DNA of 64,000 nucleotides, taken from the NCBI GenBank assembly GCA_002011125.2, contig MTMF02000009.1, positions 1,384,989 through 1,448,988 on the forward strand, read 5' to 3'. The notes below the pieces were generated by a model that was not told the origin of the DNA, did not search any database, and was given only the letters and a program-made list of their open reading frames with translations. Positions 44,068 to 54,511 of this stretch are shown one piece after another. Both the position numbers and the translations under genes were made by a program. Numbering within the stretch: the stretch's first letter is position 1; the number at the start of each line of letters is the position of its first letter. Source of the DNA: Candidatus Hydrothermarchaeum profundi (GTDB lineage: Archaea; Hydrothermarchaeota; Hydrothermarchaeia; Hydrothermarchaeales; Hydrothermarchaeaceae).

Positions 44068-44466
44068 ACGAAAGTAATTCAAACATCTGGTAAGCGGAAG
44101 GCCGCTATAGCAAGGGCGACTTTGCGGGAAGGAAAAGGTAGAGTAAGGATAAATAGAACACCATTAGAGATCTTGGAGCCAGAGATGGCGAGAATGAAGA
44201 TAATGGAGCCTTTGCTCATTGCTGGAGACCTAGTAAATAAAGTCGACATTGATGTAAATGTAAGGGGTGGAGGGTTTATGGGTCAAGCAGAAGCTGCTAG
44301 AATTGCCATAAGTAGAGGACTTGTTGAGTTTAGTGGCGATGTTAAACTGAAGGAAGTTTTTTACGAGTATGATAGAACTATGATAAAAGGCGACCACAGG
44401 AGAAAAGAACCTAAGAAATACGGCGGTCCTGGAGCAAGAGCTAAAAAACAAAAATCTTACAGGTGA
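44068..44466 (+). CDS. rps9: 30S ribosomal protein S9 (apparent ACG start)
   Basis: [37 protein letters not shown]; the conserved N-terminus needs a start at ACG 44068. Confidence 0.95.
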   Translation, partial: TKVIQTSGKRKAAIARATLREGKGRVRINRTPLEILEPEMARMKIMEPLLIAGDLVNKVDIDVNVRGGGFMGQAEAARIAISRGLVEFSGDVKLKEVFYEYDRTMIKGDHRRKEPKKYGGPGARAKKQKSYR

Positions 44467-44471
44467 GTTTA

Positions 44472-44672
44472 ATGATAATTCCTATTAGATGTTTTAGTTG
44501 TGGCGCGGTAATTGCTGATAAATATGAAAAATTTAAGAAAAGGATAAGGGACGAAGAACCGAAGAAGGTCTTAGACGATTTAGGAATAAAGAGGTATTGT
44601 TGCAGGAGGATGATACTTAGTCAAGCAGATTTCCTAGAGGAAGTAATAGAATTTGAAGTAAAGGGGCCGTAG
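44472..44672 (+). CDS. rpoN: RNA polymerase subunit N (Rpo10)
   Basis: [18 protein letters not shown]; stop lies within tRNA-Pro. Confidence 0.96.
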   Translation: MIIPIRCFSCGAVIADKYEKFKKRIRDEEPKKVLDDLGIKRYCCRRMILSQADFLEEVIEFEVKGP

Positions 44673-44737
44673 GGTAGCTTGGACCATCCTCCCAGCTTGG
44701 GGTGCTGGTGACCCGAGTTCAAATCTCGGCGGCCCCA
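44663..44737 (+). tRNA. tRNA-Pro(GGG)
   Basis: GGGGCCG/CGGCCCC acceptor, CCAGC-TT-GGG-GT-GCTGG, GTTCAAATC. Confidence 0.95.
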
Positions 44738-44749
44738 CTTGGGGGTAAT

Positions 44750-44953
44750 ATGTTGAAACTTACTAAGTTCGAAAAAGCGCGGATAATAGGTGCGAGGGCT
44801 CTCCAGCTATCGATGGGGGCTCCTCCGCTAATAAAAGTCACAGGAGATGAGGTGACTCCCATACATATCGCCATAAAGGAGTTAGAGATGGGCGTTATTC
44901 CAATTACTGTTAAAAGGAAGATGCCTGAAAAAATGGAACTCGGAGGAGAATAA
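44750..44953 (+). CDS. rpoK: RNA polymerase subunit K (Rpo6)
   Basis: [22 protein letters not shown]. Confidence 0.96.
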   Translation: MLKLTKFEKARIIGARALQLSMGAPPLIKVTGDEVTPIHIAIKELEMGVIPITVKRKMPEKMELGGE

Positions 44954-46200
44954 TGAATCCGACTATAATAGAGGATGTTATAGCTCGAAAGATACTGGAC
45001 AGCAGAGGAAATTGGACAATTGAAGTGGATATATTAACTAGATGTGGATTTGGGAGATGTGCAGCACCGAGTGGGGCTAGTAAAGGAGTACATGAAGTTT
45101 CCTCATATCCTGAGGGAGGTGTGGAGAAAGCTATTGTGGAGGTGGAGGAAACTATAGCCCCAGAGATGATAGGTATGGATTCTGAAGAACAGGATATAAT
45201 AGATGGGATACTGAGGGAAATAGACGGTACAGACAACTTCTCTAATATAGGGGGGAATACGGCAGTTGCTATATCATTAGCTAACGCTAAGGCTGCAGCG
45301 TCTTCATATGGGATCTCTCTTTTTCAACATTTGGGGGGATGTTTTTCCAATCAGCTTCCGTATCCTCTAGGCAATGTTATCGGTGGAGGAGCTCACTCTC
45401 AAAATTCAACGGATATCCAGGAGTTTTTAGTTTTGCCTACAGGGGCTAAGAATATAGAGGAAGCATTAAAAGTTAATTCAGAAGTACACAAAAAGACAAG
45501 GGAGATACTATCTGGTAAACATGATGGAGTAATTGGTAAAGGCGATGAAGGTGCGTGGGCTGCGAACATAACAGATATAGAGGCTCTTGATGTGTTAACT
45601 CAGGCTACGAGAAGGGTCTCTGAAGAAACTGGGGTAGAGATAAGGCTTGGCATGGATGTTGCAGCTTCTGAACTATGGGATGAAAAAAGTGGAGAATACA
45701 TTTACCAGAAAGAAAGAAAGAGTCGCACTCGCGAAGAACAGATAGATTATATGATAGACCTCATAAAGCAATACGACCTATATTATGTTGAAGATCCAAT
45801 TCAGGAAAATGATTATGAAGGGTTTGCTCAAATTAGCAGAGAAGTGAACTGCTTGATATGTGGGGATGACCTTTATGTTACAAATTATGAGAGATTAAAA
45901 AAAGGTATCAAAATGAAATCCTCTAATGCCATTATCATTAAACCTAATCAATGCGGAACATTAACTGATACATACCGAACAATAATATTGGCAAAAAGCC
46001 ATAATCTTATTCCGGTATTATCCCATCGTTCAGGGGAAACGGTTGATGATACAGTTGCACATTTGGCGGTAGCATTTAGTAGCCCTATTATAAAAACAGG
46101 GGTTGTAAGTGGAGAAAGAATAGCGAAGCTAAATGAACTTATAAGAATTAGCGAAGAGTTAGGAACAAGAGCAGAAATGGCACATTTACGGGAGGTATGA
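44953..46200 (+). CDS. eno: Enolase
   Basis: ILDSRGN, PSGAS, GDEG, KPNQ, SHRSGET, ERIAKLNEL. Confidence 0.96.
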   Translation: MNPTIIEDVIARKILDSRGNWTIEVDILTRCGFGRCAAPSGASKGVHEVSSYPEGGVEKAIVEVEETIAPEMIGMDSEEQDIIDGILREIDGTDNFSNIGGNTAVAISLANAKAAASSYGISLFQHLGGCFSNQLPYPLGNVIGGGAHSQNSTDIQEFLVLPTGAKNIEEALKVNSEVHKKTREILSGKHDGVIGKGDEGAWAANITDIEALDVLTQATRRVSEETGVEIRLGMDVAASELWDEKSGEYIYQKERKSRTREEQIDYMIDLIKQYDLYYVEDPIQENDYEGFAQISREVNCLICGDDLYVTNYERLKKGIKMKSSNAIIIKPNQCGTLTDTYRTIILAKSHNLIPVLSHRSGETVDDTVAHLAVAFSSPIIKTGVVSGERIAKLNELIRISEELGTRAEMAHLREV

Positions 46201-46203
46201 AGC

Positions 46204-46788
46204 GTGGAAGAACTTTTAACTACCCTGGATAATTATCTTGCCGCAGGTACTCATATTGGTACTCAGCAGAAGAATGCGGATATGAAGCCATATATTTATA
46301 GAGTTCGGGCTGATGGACTCTATGTTCTTGACGTTAAAAAATCTGATGAACGAATTAGAATTGCAGCAAAGTTTCTCTCAAAGTATCCTGCAGATAAAAT
46401 ACTTGTAGTTTCACGGAGGCAGTATGGTCAAAAACCGGTAGAAGAGTTTGCGAGGCTTACAGGTGCGGTAGCTGTTACAGGCAGGTTTATCCCCGGTACT
46501 TTAACGAATCCCGCTCTGGATAGTTTTATTGAACCCGAAGTACTTATAGTAACAGATCCCAGAGGAGATGAGCAAGCATTAAAAGAAGCGAGTGATATCG
46601 GAATACCTGTTGTCGCTTTGTGCGATACTGATAATTCAGTTTCGTTTGTGGATATTGTAATACCTACTAATAATAAAGGTAAAAAAGCTTTAGCAATAAT
46701 ATATTGGCTACTGGCTAGAGAGATTCTTAAAAATAGAGGAGAATTGCCCGAGGATTTTCCTTCATTAGAAGAGTTTGGGGAAGGATAA
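46204..46788 (+). CDS. rps2: 30S ribosomal protein S2
   Basis: [24 protein letters not shown]. Confidence 0.97.
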   Translation: MEELLTTLDNYLAAGTHIGTQQKNADMKPYIYRVRADGLYVLDVKKSDERIRIAAKFLSKYPADKILVVSRRQYGQKPVEEFARLTGAVAVTGRFIPGTLTNPALDSFIEPEVLIVTDPRGDEQALKEASDIGIPVVALCDTDNSVSFVDIVIPTNNKGKKALAIIYWLLAREILKNRGELPEDFPSLEEFGEG

Positions 46789-47616
46789 ATGAGGACCCCC
46801 TACGTGGCTGGACAGTTTTATCCGGCAGGAAAAGTTGAACTAAAAAGAGAGATAGAGAAATGTTTTTTAAGTCCACTTGGGCCGGGAAAATTGCCAGAAA
46901 AAGAAGGTAGAAATAAGGATATAAAAGGATGCGTAGTACCTCACGCAGGATATATGTACTCAGGACCTGTAGCTGCCCATGTTTATTATGCGTTATCAAC
47001 TCAAATAAAACCTGAGACTATAGTAATTATTTGCCCTAATCATACAGGGAGAGGTAGCGCGGCTGCACTTTCAAAGGAGGATTGGGAAACTCCGCTTGGA
47101 ATAGTTGATACAGATAAGACTATTGTAGACTTACTATGGAAAAAATGCGATATAATGGATTTAAATGAAGATGCGCATGTCTTTGAACATTCTCTCGAGG
47201 TGCAACTTCCATTTTTACAATACATATATGGGGACTTTACCTTTGTTCCGATATGTTTAGGGTTGCAAGATCTTGATACTGCTCACGAAGTGGCTAGTTG
47301 CTTATTAAACATAAAAAAAGAAATGATAGTTATTGCTAGTAGTGACTTCACGCATTATGAGACACACAGGGAGGCTGAGAGGAAAGATAAACATGCAATC
47401 TCATACATCTTAGATCTAAATGAGAAAGGGTTTATAAAGAACGTATATGAAAATGATCTTTCTATTTGTGGGTACGGACCAATAGCTACATGTATATCCT
47501 TTGTAAAGAAAAGAGGGGCAAATAGAGGAGAACTCCTAAAATACGCTACGAGTGGAAATGTCACTGGAGACTTTGGGCAAGTAGTTGGGTATGCTGGCAT
47601 AATTTTTAGAGGTTAA
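46789..47616 (+). CDS. MEMO1 family protein (AmmeMemoRadiSam B)
   Basis: VAGQFYP, PHAGYMYSG, EHSLEVQLPF, SSDFTHY, CGYGP. Confidence 0.93.
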   Translation: MRTPYVAGQFYPAGKVELKREIEKCFLSPLGPGKLPEKEGRNKDIKGCVVPHAGYMYSGPVAAHVYYALSTQIKPETIVIICPNHTGRGSAAALSKEDWETPLGIVDTDKTIVDLLWKKCDIMDLNEDAHVFEHSLEVQLPFLQYIYGDFTFVPICLGLQDLDTAHEVASCLLNIKKEMIVIASSDFTHYETHREAERKDKHAISYILDLNEKGFIKNVYENDLSICGYGPIATCISFVKKRGANRGELLKYATSGNVTGDFGQVVGYAGIIFRG

Positions 47617-47621
47617 CAAAT

Positions 47622-48545
47622 ATGATAACAGCCTCTGCCCCAGGTAAAGTAATTTTATTTGGAGAGCATGCTGTAGTTTATGGCGAACCTGCTCTGGCTG
47701 GCGCTATTGATAGAAGAGTATACATAACAGCGAGGGAGTACAATAAAGGAATAAAAATAACTTCAAGCGGGAAAACCATAAGCTATGTTGATAGTTATAA
47801 GGGATCAGAATTCCCATACATTAGAAAAGCCATTGAGCTAACTTTTGATTATCTCCATGAAAGAAAAAATTTAGAAATAAAAATCAATTCTAACATACCT
47901 CCTGCAGCTGGATTGGGTTCATCTGCCTCTGTATCAGTAGCAACTATTCTCGCGGTTTCTAAATTAGTAGGGGCTAATCTAAGTAAAGATGAGATAGCAA
48001 AGATTGGACATAACGTGGAGCTTGAAGTTCAGGGAGCGGCTTCTCCGACTGATACGGCAACAACGACTTTTGGAGGGATACTCTATATTCAACCTACTGA
48101 AAGAAATTTTGAAAGATTAGAAATCCCTTTGCCACTAGTTGTGGGATACACAGGGATTCGGAGATCTACCAGGTACCTTGTTGAGAAGGTCCGGATGTTA
48201 AAAGAAATGTATCCAGATATAATAACCAGCATCATTAGGGGCATTGGTGAAATCGTGAAATGCGCTAAGCATAAAATAGAAAGAGGGGAAGACATAGGAG
48301 GGCTTATGGATATAAACCATGGTATGCTAGAAGCCCTAGGGGTAGGCCATCAGAAGCTTTCGGAACTTGTCTATATATCTCGTCTGTCAGGCGCTAAAGG
48401 AGCAAAGTTAACAGGAGCAGGGGGTGGAGGGTGTATGATTGCATATACGCCTGAAAAAAGCGAGGAGGTTATAGCCTCTATAACCTCAAAGGGATATCAA
48501 GCCTTTAACGCTCCCATTACTTTGGATGGAGTTCGGTTAGAGTGA
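47622..48545 (+). CDS. mvk: Mevalonate kinase
   Basis: APGKVILFGEHAVVYG, GLGSSA, KLTGAGGGG. Confidence 0.94.
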   Translation: MITASAPGKVILFGEHAVVYGEPALAGAIDRRVYITAREYNKGIKITSSGKTISYVDSYKGSEFPYIRKAIELTFDYLHERKNLEIKINSNIPPAAGLGSSASVSVATILAVSKLVGANLSKDEIAKIGHNVELEVQGAASPTDTATTTFGGILYIQPTERNFERLEIPLPLVVGYTGIRRSTRYLVEKVRMLKEMYPDIITSIIRGIGEIVKCAKHKIERGEDIGGLMDINHGMLEALGVGHQKLSELVYISRLSGAKGAKLTGAGGGGCMIAYTPEKSEEVIASITSKGYQAFNAPITLDGVRLE

Positions 48546-49315
48546 TAATAGTTAAACTTGGAGGTAGCTTGATAACTGATAAAAGTAAAGCATTTGTTAT
48601 AAGAGGAGGGGTTCTGCGAAGGTTATCCGGCGAAATAAAAAGAGGAGCGGGAAAAGATTTAATAATAATTCATGGTGGTGGCTCTTTTGGTCACCCTATT
48701 GCGAATAAGTATATGCTCCAGAGAGGATTTCAGAGTAAGGAGCAACTTCGGGGGGTCTATCTTACGAGGTTATATATGGATATATTAAATAGAAAAGTTC
48801 TGGAAGCTTTAACCAATAAGAGCGTTCCTGCTATAAGCATTCAATCCTCAGCAAATATAATATGCGATAATGGCCGAATCAATGAGTTTAATATTGAAAT
48901 AGTGGATGGCTTTATTAAACTAGGTTTAGTTCCCGTCATGTATGGAGACGTAGTGCTGGATAAAAGCAGGGGATTTTGTATCCTTTCAGGAGATCAGATA
49001 GTATCTCATTTGGCGATGGAATTTGATGTAGATAGAGTAATCTTAGCCACAGATGTGGATGGAGTCTATACTAAGGACCCAAAGAAATTTGAAGAAGCAA
49101 AATTTATTAAAGAAATTTCTAAGGATAATACCCAGATTCTTGATAAACTCGAGATATCTGAAAATGATGTGACTGGCGGGTTAAAGGGGAAGATAATCGA
49201 ACTATTGAAACTCGCCGAGAAAGGAACGGAATCCATAATAATAAATGGCTTAGTGAAAGGCAGATTAGAAAAAGCTATTTTAGGAGAAAGAGTTTTAGGC
49301 ACTAAAGTTTTTTGA
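48542..49315 (+). CDS. ipk: Isopentenyl phosphate kinase
   Basis: KLGGSLITDK, HGGGSFGH, SGD, DVTGG; follows mvk. Confidence 0.92.
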   Translation: MIIVKLGGSLITDKSKAFVIRGGVLRRLSGEIKRGAGKDLIIIHGGGSFGHPIANKYMLQRGFQSKEQLRGVYLTRLYMDILNRKVLEALTNKSVPAISIQSSANIICDNGRINEFNIEIVDGFIKLGLVPVMYGDVVLDKSRGFCILSGDQIVSHLAMEFDVDRVILATDVDGVYTKDPKKFEEAKFIKEISKDNTQILDKLEISENDVTGGLKGKIIELLKLAEKGTESIIINGLVKGRLEKAILGERVLGTKVF

Positions 49316-49336
49316 GAGATACTGTTTATTACCCTT

Positions 49337-50506
49337 TCAATCGCATAGGATCGTGTCTAATACATCTACTGCTTTGTCAATTTGCTCCTTCTCTATATTT
49401 AAAGGCGGTAAGAATCTCAGGACATTATCATGAGTGCAGTTTATCAAAACACCTTTTTCTCTTGCTTTATCCACGATAACGTTGCATGGTCTATCGAGTT
49501 CTACTCCGATCATAAGGCCTACGCCTCTTACTTCCTTGATGCATTTGTGCTTATTCTTTAACTCTTTTAGCCTTCTTAAAAGGTATATTCCAGATTGTTT
49601 AGCTTTTTCTAGAAGATTTTCATCGAGAATGATTTCAATATTAGCCTTCGCCACAGTGCAAGCGAGATGATTGCCTCCGAAAGTTGACGCATGATCTCCG
49701 ATCCTAAATGCTTTAATTATTTCAGGCTTTGCAAGCATAGCACCTATGGGGAAGCCTGCTCCAAGCGCTTTGGCGATTGTAAATAAATCCGGCTCTACTT
49801 TAAAATGCTGGAAGGCGAACATTTCGCCTGTTCTACCAAAGCCTGTTTGAACCTCATCGAGCACGAATAGAATACTATGATCTGTGCATATTTCACTCAC
49901 TTCTTTCAGATAGTTCTCAGGGGGGACAATTACTCCCCCTTCACCTTGGATTGGTTCTAATAAAACTGCGGCAGTTTTCGGGGATATAGCCCTCTTAAAG
50001 TCTTCAATATCTCCAAATTTTACATGTTTGAAACCAGGTAATAGTGGCGCAAAAGGTTTTTTATATCTCTCTTGTCCTGTTGCACTTAAACTACCAAAAG
50101 TCCTACCATGAAAAGAGTTTTCAGCGGCAATTATTACTTTTTTACCTGTATACTTCCTTACTAATTTAATAGTAGCTTCATTGGCTTCTGTCCCTGAGTT
50201 GCAGAAGAAAGATTTGTATCCTCCAGATACTTTATACAGTAGTTCAGCGAGTTCTACTTGAGGGGGGATATAATAAATATTGGTGGTATGAATTATTTTT
50301 TCGACTTGTTTTTTAATAGTCTCTATAATTTTTGGGTGTGAATGACCAATATTAAGGACGGCTAGACCTGAAAAACAGTCTATATATTCATTGCCTTCTA
50401 GGTCTTTAACTATTGCTCCATTTCCCTCGACTATAGCGAGAGGCTGTCTGGAGTAGGTTTGAGCAACATATAGTTTGTCCTTCCGCACTATTTCCTTGAA
50501 TTCCAT
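49337..50506 (-). CDS. argD: Acetylornithine aminotransferase (class III)
   Basis: NSGTEANE, SFHGRT, EPIQGEGG, DEVQTGFGRTG, AKALG. Confidence 0.88.
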   Translation of the reverse strand: MEFKEIVRKDKLYVAQTYSRQPLAIVEGNGAIVKDLEGNEYIDCFSGLAVLNIGHSHPKIIETIKKQVEKIIHTTNIYYIPPQVELAELLYKVSGGYKSFFCNSGTEANEATIKLVRKYTGKKVIIAAENSFHGRTFGSLSATGQERYKKPFAPLLPGFKHVKFGDIEDFKRAISPKTAAVLLEPIQGEGGVIVPPENYLKEVSEICTDHSILFVLDEVQTGFGRTGEMFAFQHFKVEPDLFTIAKALGAGFPIGAMLAKPEIIKAFRIGDHASTFGGNHLACTVAKANIEIILDENLLEKAKQSGIYLLRRLKELKNKHKCIKEVRGVGLMIGVELDRPCNVIVDKAREKGVLINCTHDNVLRFLPPLNIEKEQIDKAVDVLDTILCD

Positions 50507-50557
50507 GGGTATAGCTATTTGATTTTGTATATAATTGTTACTTTTTCTCTGTAATTA

Positions 50558-50826
50558 ATGCCCTATGCTCGAAGACCTGTTTGATTTGGATGAGTTCCAG
50601 ACGTGAAAACAGGGGCAAGGCTAGGGCAACACGGTGTCACATGGGTCCCTTCCCGAGATACTGCCTCGTGTGCTGAATCAATGAGGGCTAGGTCAACCGT
50701 GACGCCGAACAGAGCTCGCCGGTAAATCCTTTCTCTTGAATAAGAGGGTCCTCAGGCAAGCAAGGGCTTAATGCCCGCAGTGAGCCTGAGTGTTAGAGAG
50801 TAGGATACAGGCGGGCTAAAACAATA
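50558..50826 (+). ncRNA. Three-hairpin box H/ACA guide RNA (HgcG/Afu-4/Pab40-like architecture)
   Basis: GC-rich island; basal stems GCCCTA/TAGGGC, CGGTGTCAC/GTGACGCCG and AGCTCGCC/GGCGGGCT, each followed by ACA (50629, 50709, 50821); K-turn-like GA/TGA motifs. Confidence 0.75.
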
Positions 50827-50841
50827 ATATCCTCAGTAAAC

Positions 50842-51144
50842 ATGGATAAGGCAATCAGAACTGCAGGGAATTCGACATTAATTGATGTCGAAGTAGTGAC
50901 TAACTCAGCTACAAAAGGAATATCAGGGTATAACGAATGGAGAAATCGTATAGTTTTAAAAATAAATGAAAAGCCTTTACAGAATAGAGCTAATCGTGCA
51001 ATTATTAAATTTATTTCAACAAAACTTGGGATAACCCAAAAAGATGTCAAAATTGTTGCTGGTAGAAAAAGTAATCTTAAGACGATAAAAATCGATCTAG
51101 ATGTTAGTATTGTAAAGCAGTTCTTGGAAAATGAGAGGATTTGA
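50842..51144 (+). CDS. DUF167/UPF0235 protein
   Basis: GYNEWR..P..NRAN..V.IVAG.KS.LK. Confidence 0.8.
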   Translation: MDKAIRTAGNSTLIDVEVVTNSATKGISGYNEWRNRIVLKINEKPLQNRANRAIIKFISTKLGITQKDVKIVAGRKSNLKTIKIDLDVSIVKQFLENERI

Positions 51145-51520
51145 TTATCATTTATATGAGGAGATTGTAGACGTACTAGAGGAATTAAAAGAAATATCTG
51201 AGCATTCTCCTATAATCGTTGAGGGACGCAACGACGAGATTGCCCTTAGAAAACTTGGGATCAATGGCCAGTTTTATCGAGTGTCAGATGGTATACCCTT
51301 CTATGAATTCTGCGAAGAAATAGCTAAAACCCATTCAAGCGTTATTTTATTTACTGATACTGATACTGCTGGTAAAAAAATAACTAAACGGCTTAAGAGT
51401 TTTTTCTCGCAAAATGGAGTTAAAGTAGAAGATAAATTTAGGATAACTTTATTGACTAAACTGGATACCCATCAAGTAGAGAATTTGTATAAGAGATTTA
51501 GAAGATTTAAGATTTTCTGA
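51131..51520 (+). CDS. Small TOPRIM domain protein
   Basis: IIVEGRNDEIALRKLG, LFTDTDTAG. Confidence 0.85.
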   Translation: MRGFDYHLYEEIVDVLEELKEISEHSPIIVEGRNDEIALRKLGINGQFYRVSDGIPFYEFCEEIAKTHSSVILFTDTDTAGKKITKRLKSFFSQNGVKVEDKFRITLLTKLDTHQVENLYKRFRRFKIF

Positions 51521-51568
51521 TAAGATTTAAATAAATTACTTGCTTTTTTAATTCTATCAAGTAATTAA

Positions 51569-52597
<1,029 letters not shown>

Positions 52598-52602
52598 GAG
52601 AT

Positions 52603-53379
52603 ATGCAAGTCACTAAGATCACAGAGATAATCAAAGAAGCAGAGAAAGTAAAAACTTTTAAATTTGATTTAGAAGCGAAGGGAAAGCCCGGGCAGTTCGT
52701 GATGGTTTGGGTCCCTGGAGTCGATGAGAAACCAATGAGCCTCTCTTATCCTACGGGAAAGATGGGTATTACAGTATTACTTGAAGGGCCTTTCAGCAAA
52801 CAGTTAGGAAGACTGAATGTTGGGGACAGAGTTGGTATCAGAGGTCCGTACGGGAGGGGGTTTAGAGTTGCAGGTAGTAATTTGCTGTTAGTTGGAGGGG
52901 GTGTTGGAACAGCTCCATTAGCACCGCTCGCAGAAAAGGCTATTTCTAAAGGGAAAAAAGTTACAGCCGTTATAGGCGCGAAGACTAGAAATGAACTTGT
53001 TTTTGTTGAAAGAATTAGAAACGCAGGAGCCAGAGTCTTTGTTACAACAGACGATGGTAGTGAGGGAAGTAGGGGATTTACCACAGATAAAACAAGAGAG
53101 TTACTGGAAGAAGGATCATTTGATCAATGCTATGTATGCGGTCCAGAAATCATGATGTTCAAATTATTAGAACAAACAAAAGCAAGAGGTATACCCACCC
53201 AACTATCACTAGTGAGATATTTTAAGTGCGGAATTGGGGTATGTGGGCATTGTGCTTTGGATTATTCAGGAATTAGAGTTTGCAGAGAGGGCCCTGTTCT
53301 TAGTGATAACGAATTAGAGGAAGTTTCAGAGTTTGGGAGATATTGGAGAAGTCCTTCAGGAGTAAAAATTTACTTCTAA
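52603..53379 (+). CDS. pyrK: Dihydroorotate dehydrogenase electron transfer subunit-like FAD/[2Fe-2S] protein
   Basis: PGQFVMVW, RGPYG, GGGVG.APL, CGPEIMM, CGIGVCGHC..VCREGPV. Confidence 0.85.
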   Translation: MQVTKITEIIKEAEKVKTFKFDLEAKGKPGQFVMVWVPGVDEKPMSLSYPTGKMGITVLLEGPFSKQLGRLNVGDRVGIRGPYGRGFRVAGSNLLLVGGGVGTAPLAPLAEKAISKGKKVTAVIGAKTRNELVFVERIRNAGARVFVTTDDGSEGSRGFTTDKTRELLEEGSFDQCYVCGPEIMMFKLLEQTKARGIPTQLSLVRYFKCGIGVCGHCALDYSGIRVCREGPVLSDNELEEVSEFGRYWRSPSGVKIYF

Positions 53380-53395
53380 AAAAGGAGGTAGTAGA

Positions 53396-54511
53396 ATGGC
53401 AAAAATAACTGTAAGTTTAATAAAAGCGGACGTTGGTGGATACCCAGGTCATGCCAGCGTCCATCCAGACTTAATAAAAGAAGGAGAAAAAGTTCTAAAA
53501 GAGGCGAAGAAAGAAGGCCTATTAATTGATTTTAGGGTTATGGGCGCTGGAGACGATCTCCAACTACTCATGACGCATAATAAGGGAGTTGACAGCTCAG
53601 ATATTCATGGGTTGGCATGGCAAGCGTTTGAAAAAGCAACGAAAGTAGCGAAGAATTTGAAGTTATATGGAGCTGGCCAAGATTTACTCAGTGATGCTTT
53701 TTCAGGTAATGTCAGAGGTATGGGGCCCGGAGTAGCAGAGATGGAGTTTACAGAGAGAAAAGCGGAGCCTCTCGTAGCGTTTATGATGGATAAGACGGAG
53801 CCGGGGGCTTTTAATTTACCGATTTTCAAAATTTTTGGAGACCCTTTTAACACAGCAGGTCTTGTTGTGGACCCAAGTATGCATGCAGGTTTTATTTTTG
53901 AAGTGTGGGATATTCTCGAGCATAAAAAAGTACTCATGAGCTTGCCGGAGGAATTATATGACCTACTAGCATTAATTGGAGCTAAAAGCAGGTATGTAAT
54001 AAAGAGAGTATTTCCAAAAAAGGGGGGTAAATTACCGGTAGATGAGCCCGTGGCGGTAGTGAGCACTGAGAAGCTTTATGAGATAGCTGGCGAGTATGTT
54101 GGTAAGGATGACCCTGTTGGTCTCGTTAGAGCTCAATCAGGTCTTCCAGCGCTAGGAGAAGTCTTAGAAGCATTTTCTTTTCCCCATTTGGTCAGCGGTT
54201 GGATGCGGGGATCACATAATGGGCCTCTCATGCCTGTATCGTTTAAGGATGCTAGATGCACTAGGTTTGATGGTCCACCAAGGGTCGTTGGCGCTGGATT
54301 TCAATTAAGTAACGGATTATTAGTTGGGCCAGTTGACTTATTTGATGATCCAGCATATGATATTACACGACAAAAGGCGCAAGAAATAACGGATTATATA
54401 CGGAGGCACGGACCTTTTGAGCCGCATAGATTACCATTAGAGGAAATGGAATACACTACCTTGCCAAAAGTTCTACAGAAATTAAAGGATAGATTTGAGG
54501 AAGTAGAATGA
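53396..54511 (+). CDS. fbp: Bifunctional fructose-1,6-bisphosphate aldolase/phosphatase
   Basis: IKADVGG..GH, YGAGQDLL, YVGKDDP, GWMRGSH, GPFEPHRL..MEYTT. Confidence 0.97.
   Translation: MAKITVSLIKADVGGYPGHASVHPDLIKEGEKVLKEAKKEGLLIDFRVMGAGDDLQLLMTHNKGVDSSDIHGLAWQAFEKATKVAKNLKLYGAGQDLLSDAFSGNVRGMGPGVAEMEFTERKAEPLVAFMMDKTEPGAFNLPIFKIFGDPFNTAGLVVDPSMHAGFIFEVWDILEHKKVLMSLPEELYDLLALIGAKSRYVIKRVFPKKGGKLPVDEPVAVVSTEKLYEIAGEYVGKDDPVGLVRAQSGLPALGEVLEAFSFPHLVSGWMRGSHNGPLMPVSFKDARCTRFDGPPRVVGAGFQLSNGLLVGPVDLFDDPAYDITRQKAQEITDYIRRHGPFEPHRLPLEEMEYTTLPKVLQKLKDRFEEVE

Noticed and set aside
50558-50826. SRP (7S) RNA
   Set aside because: No helix-8 GGAA/AGCAG motif on either strand; the three ACA-terminated hairpins fit H/ACA better
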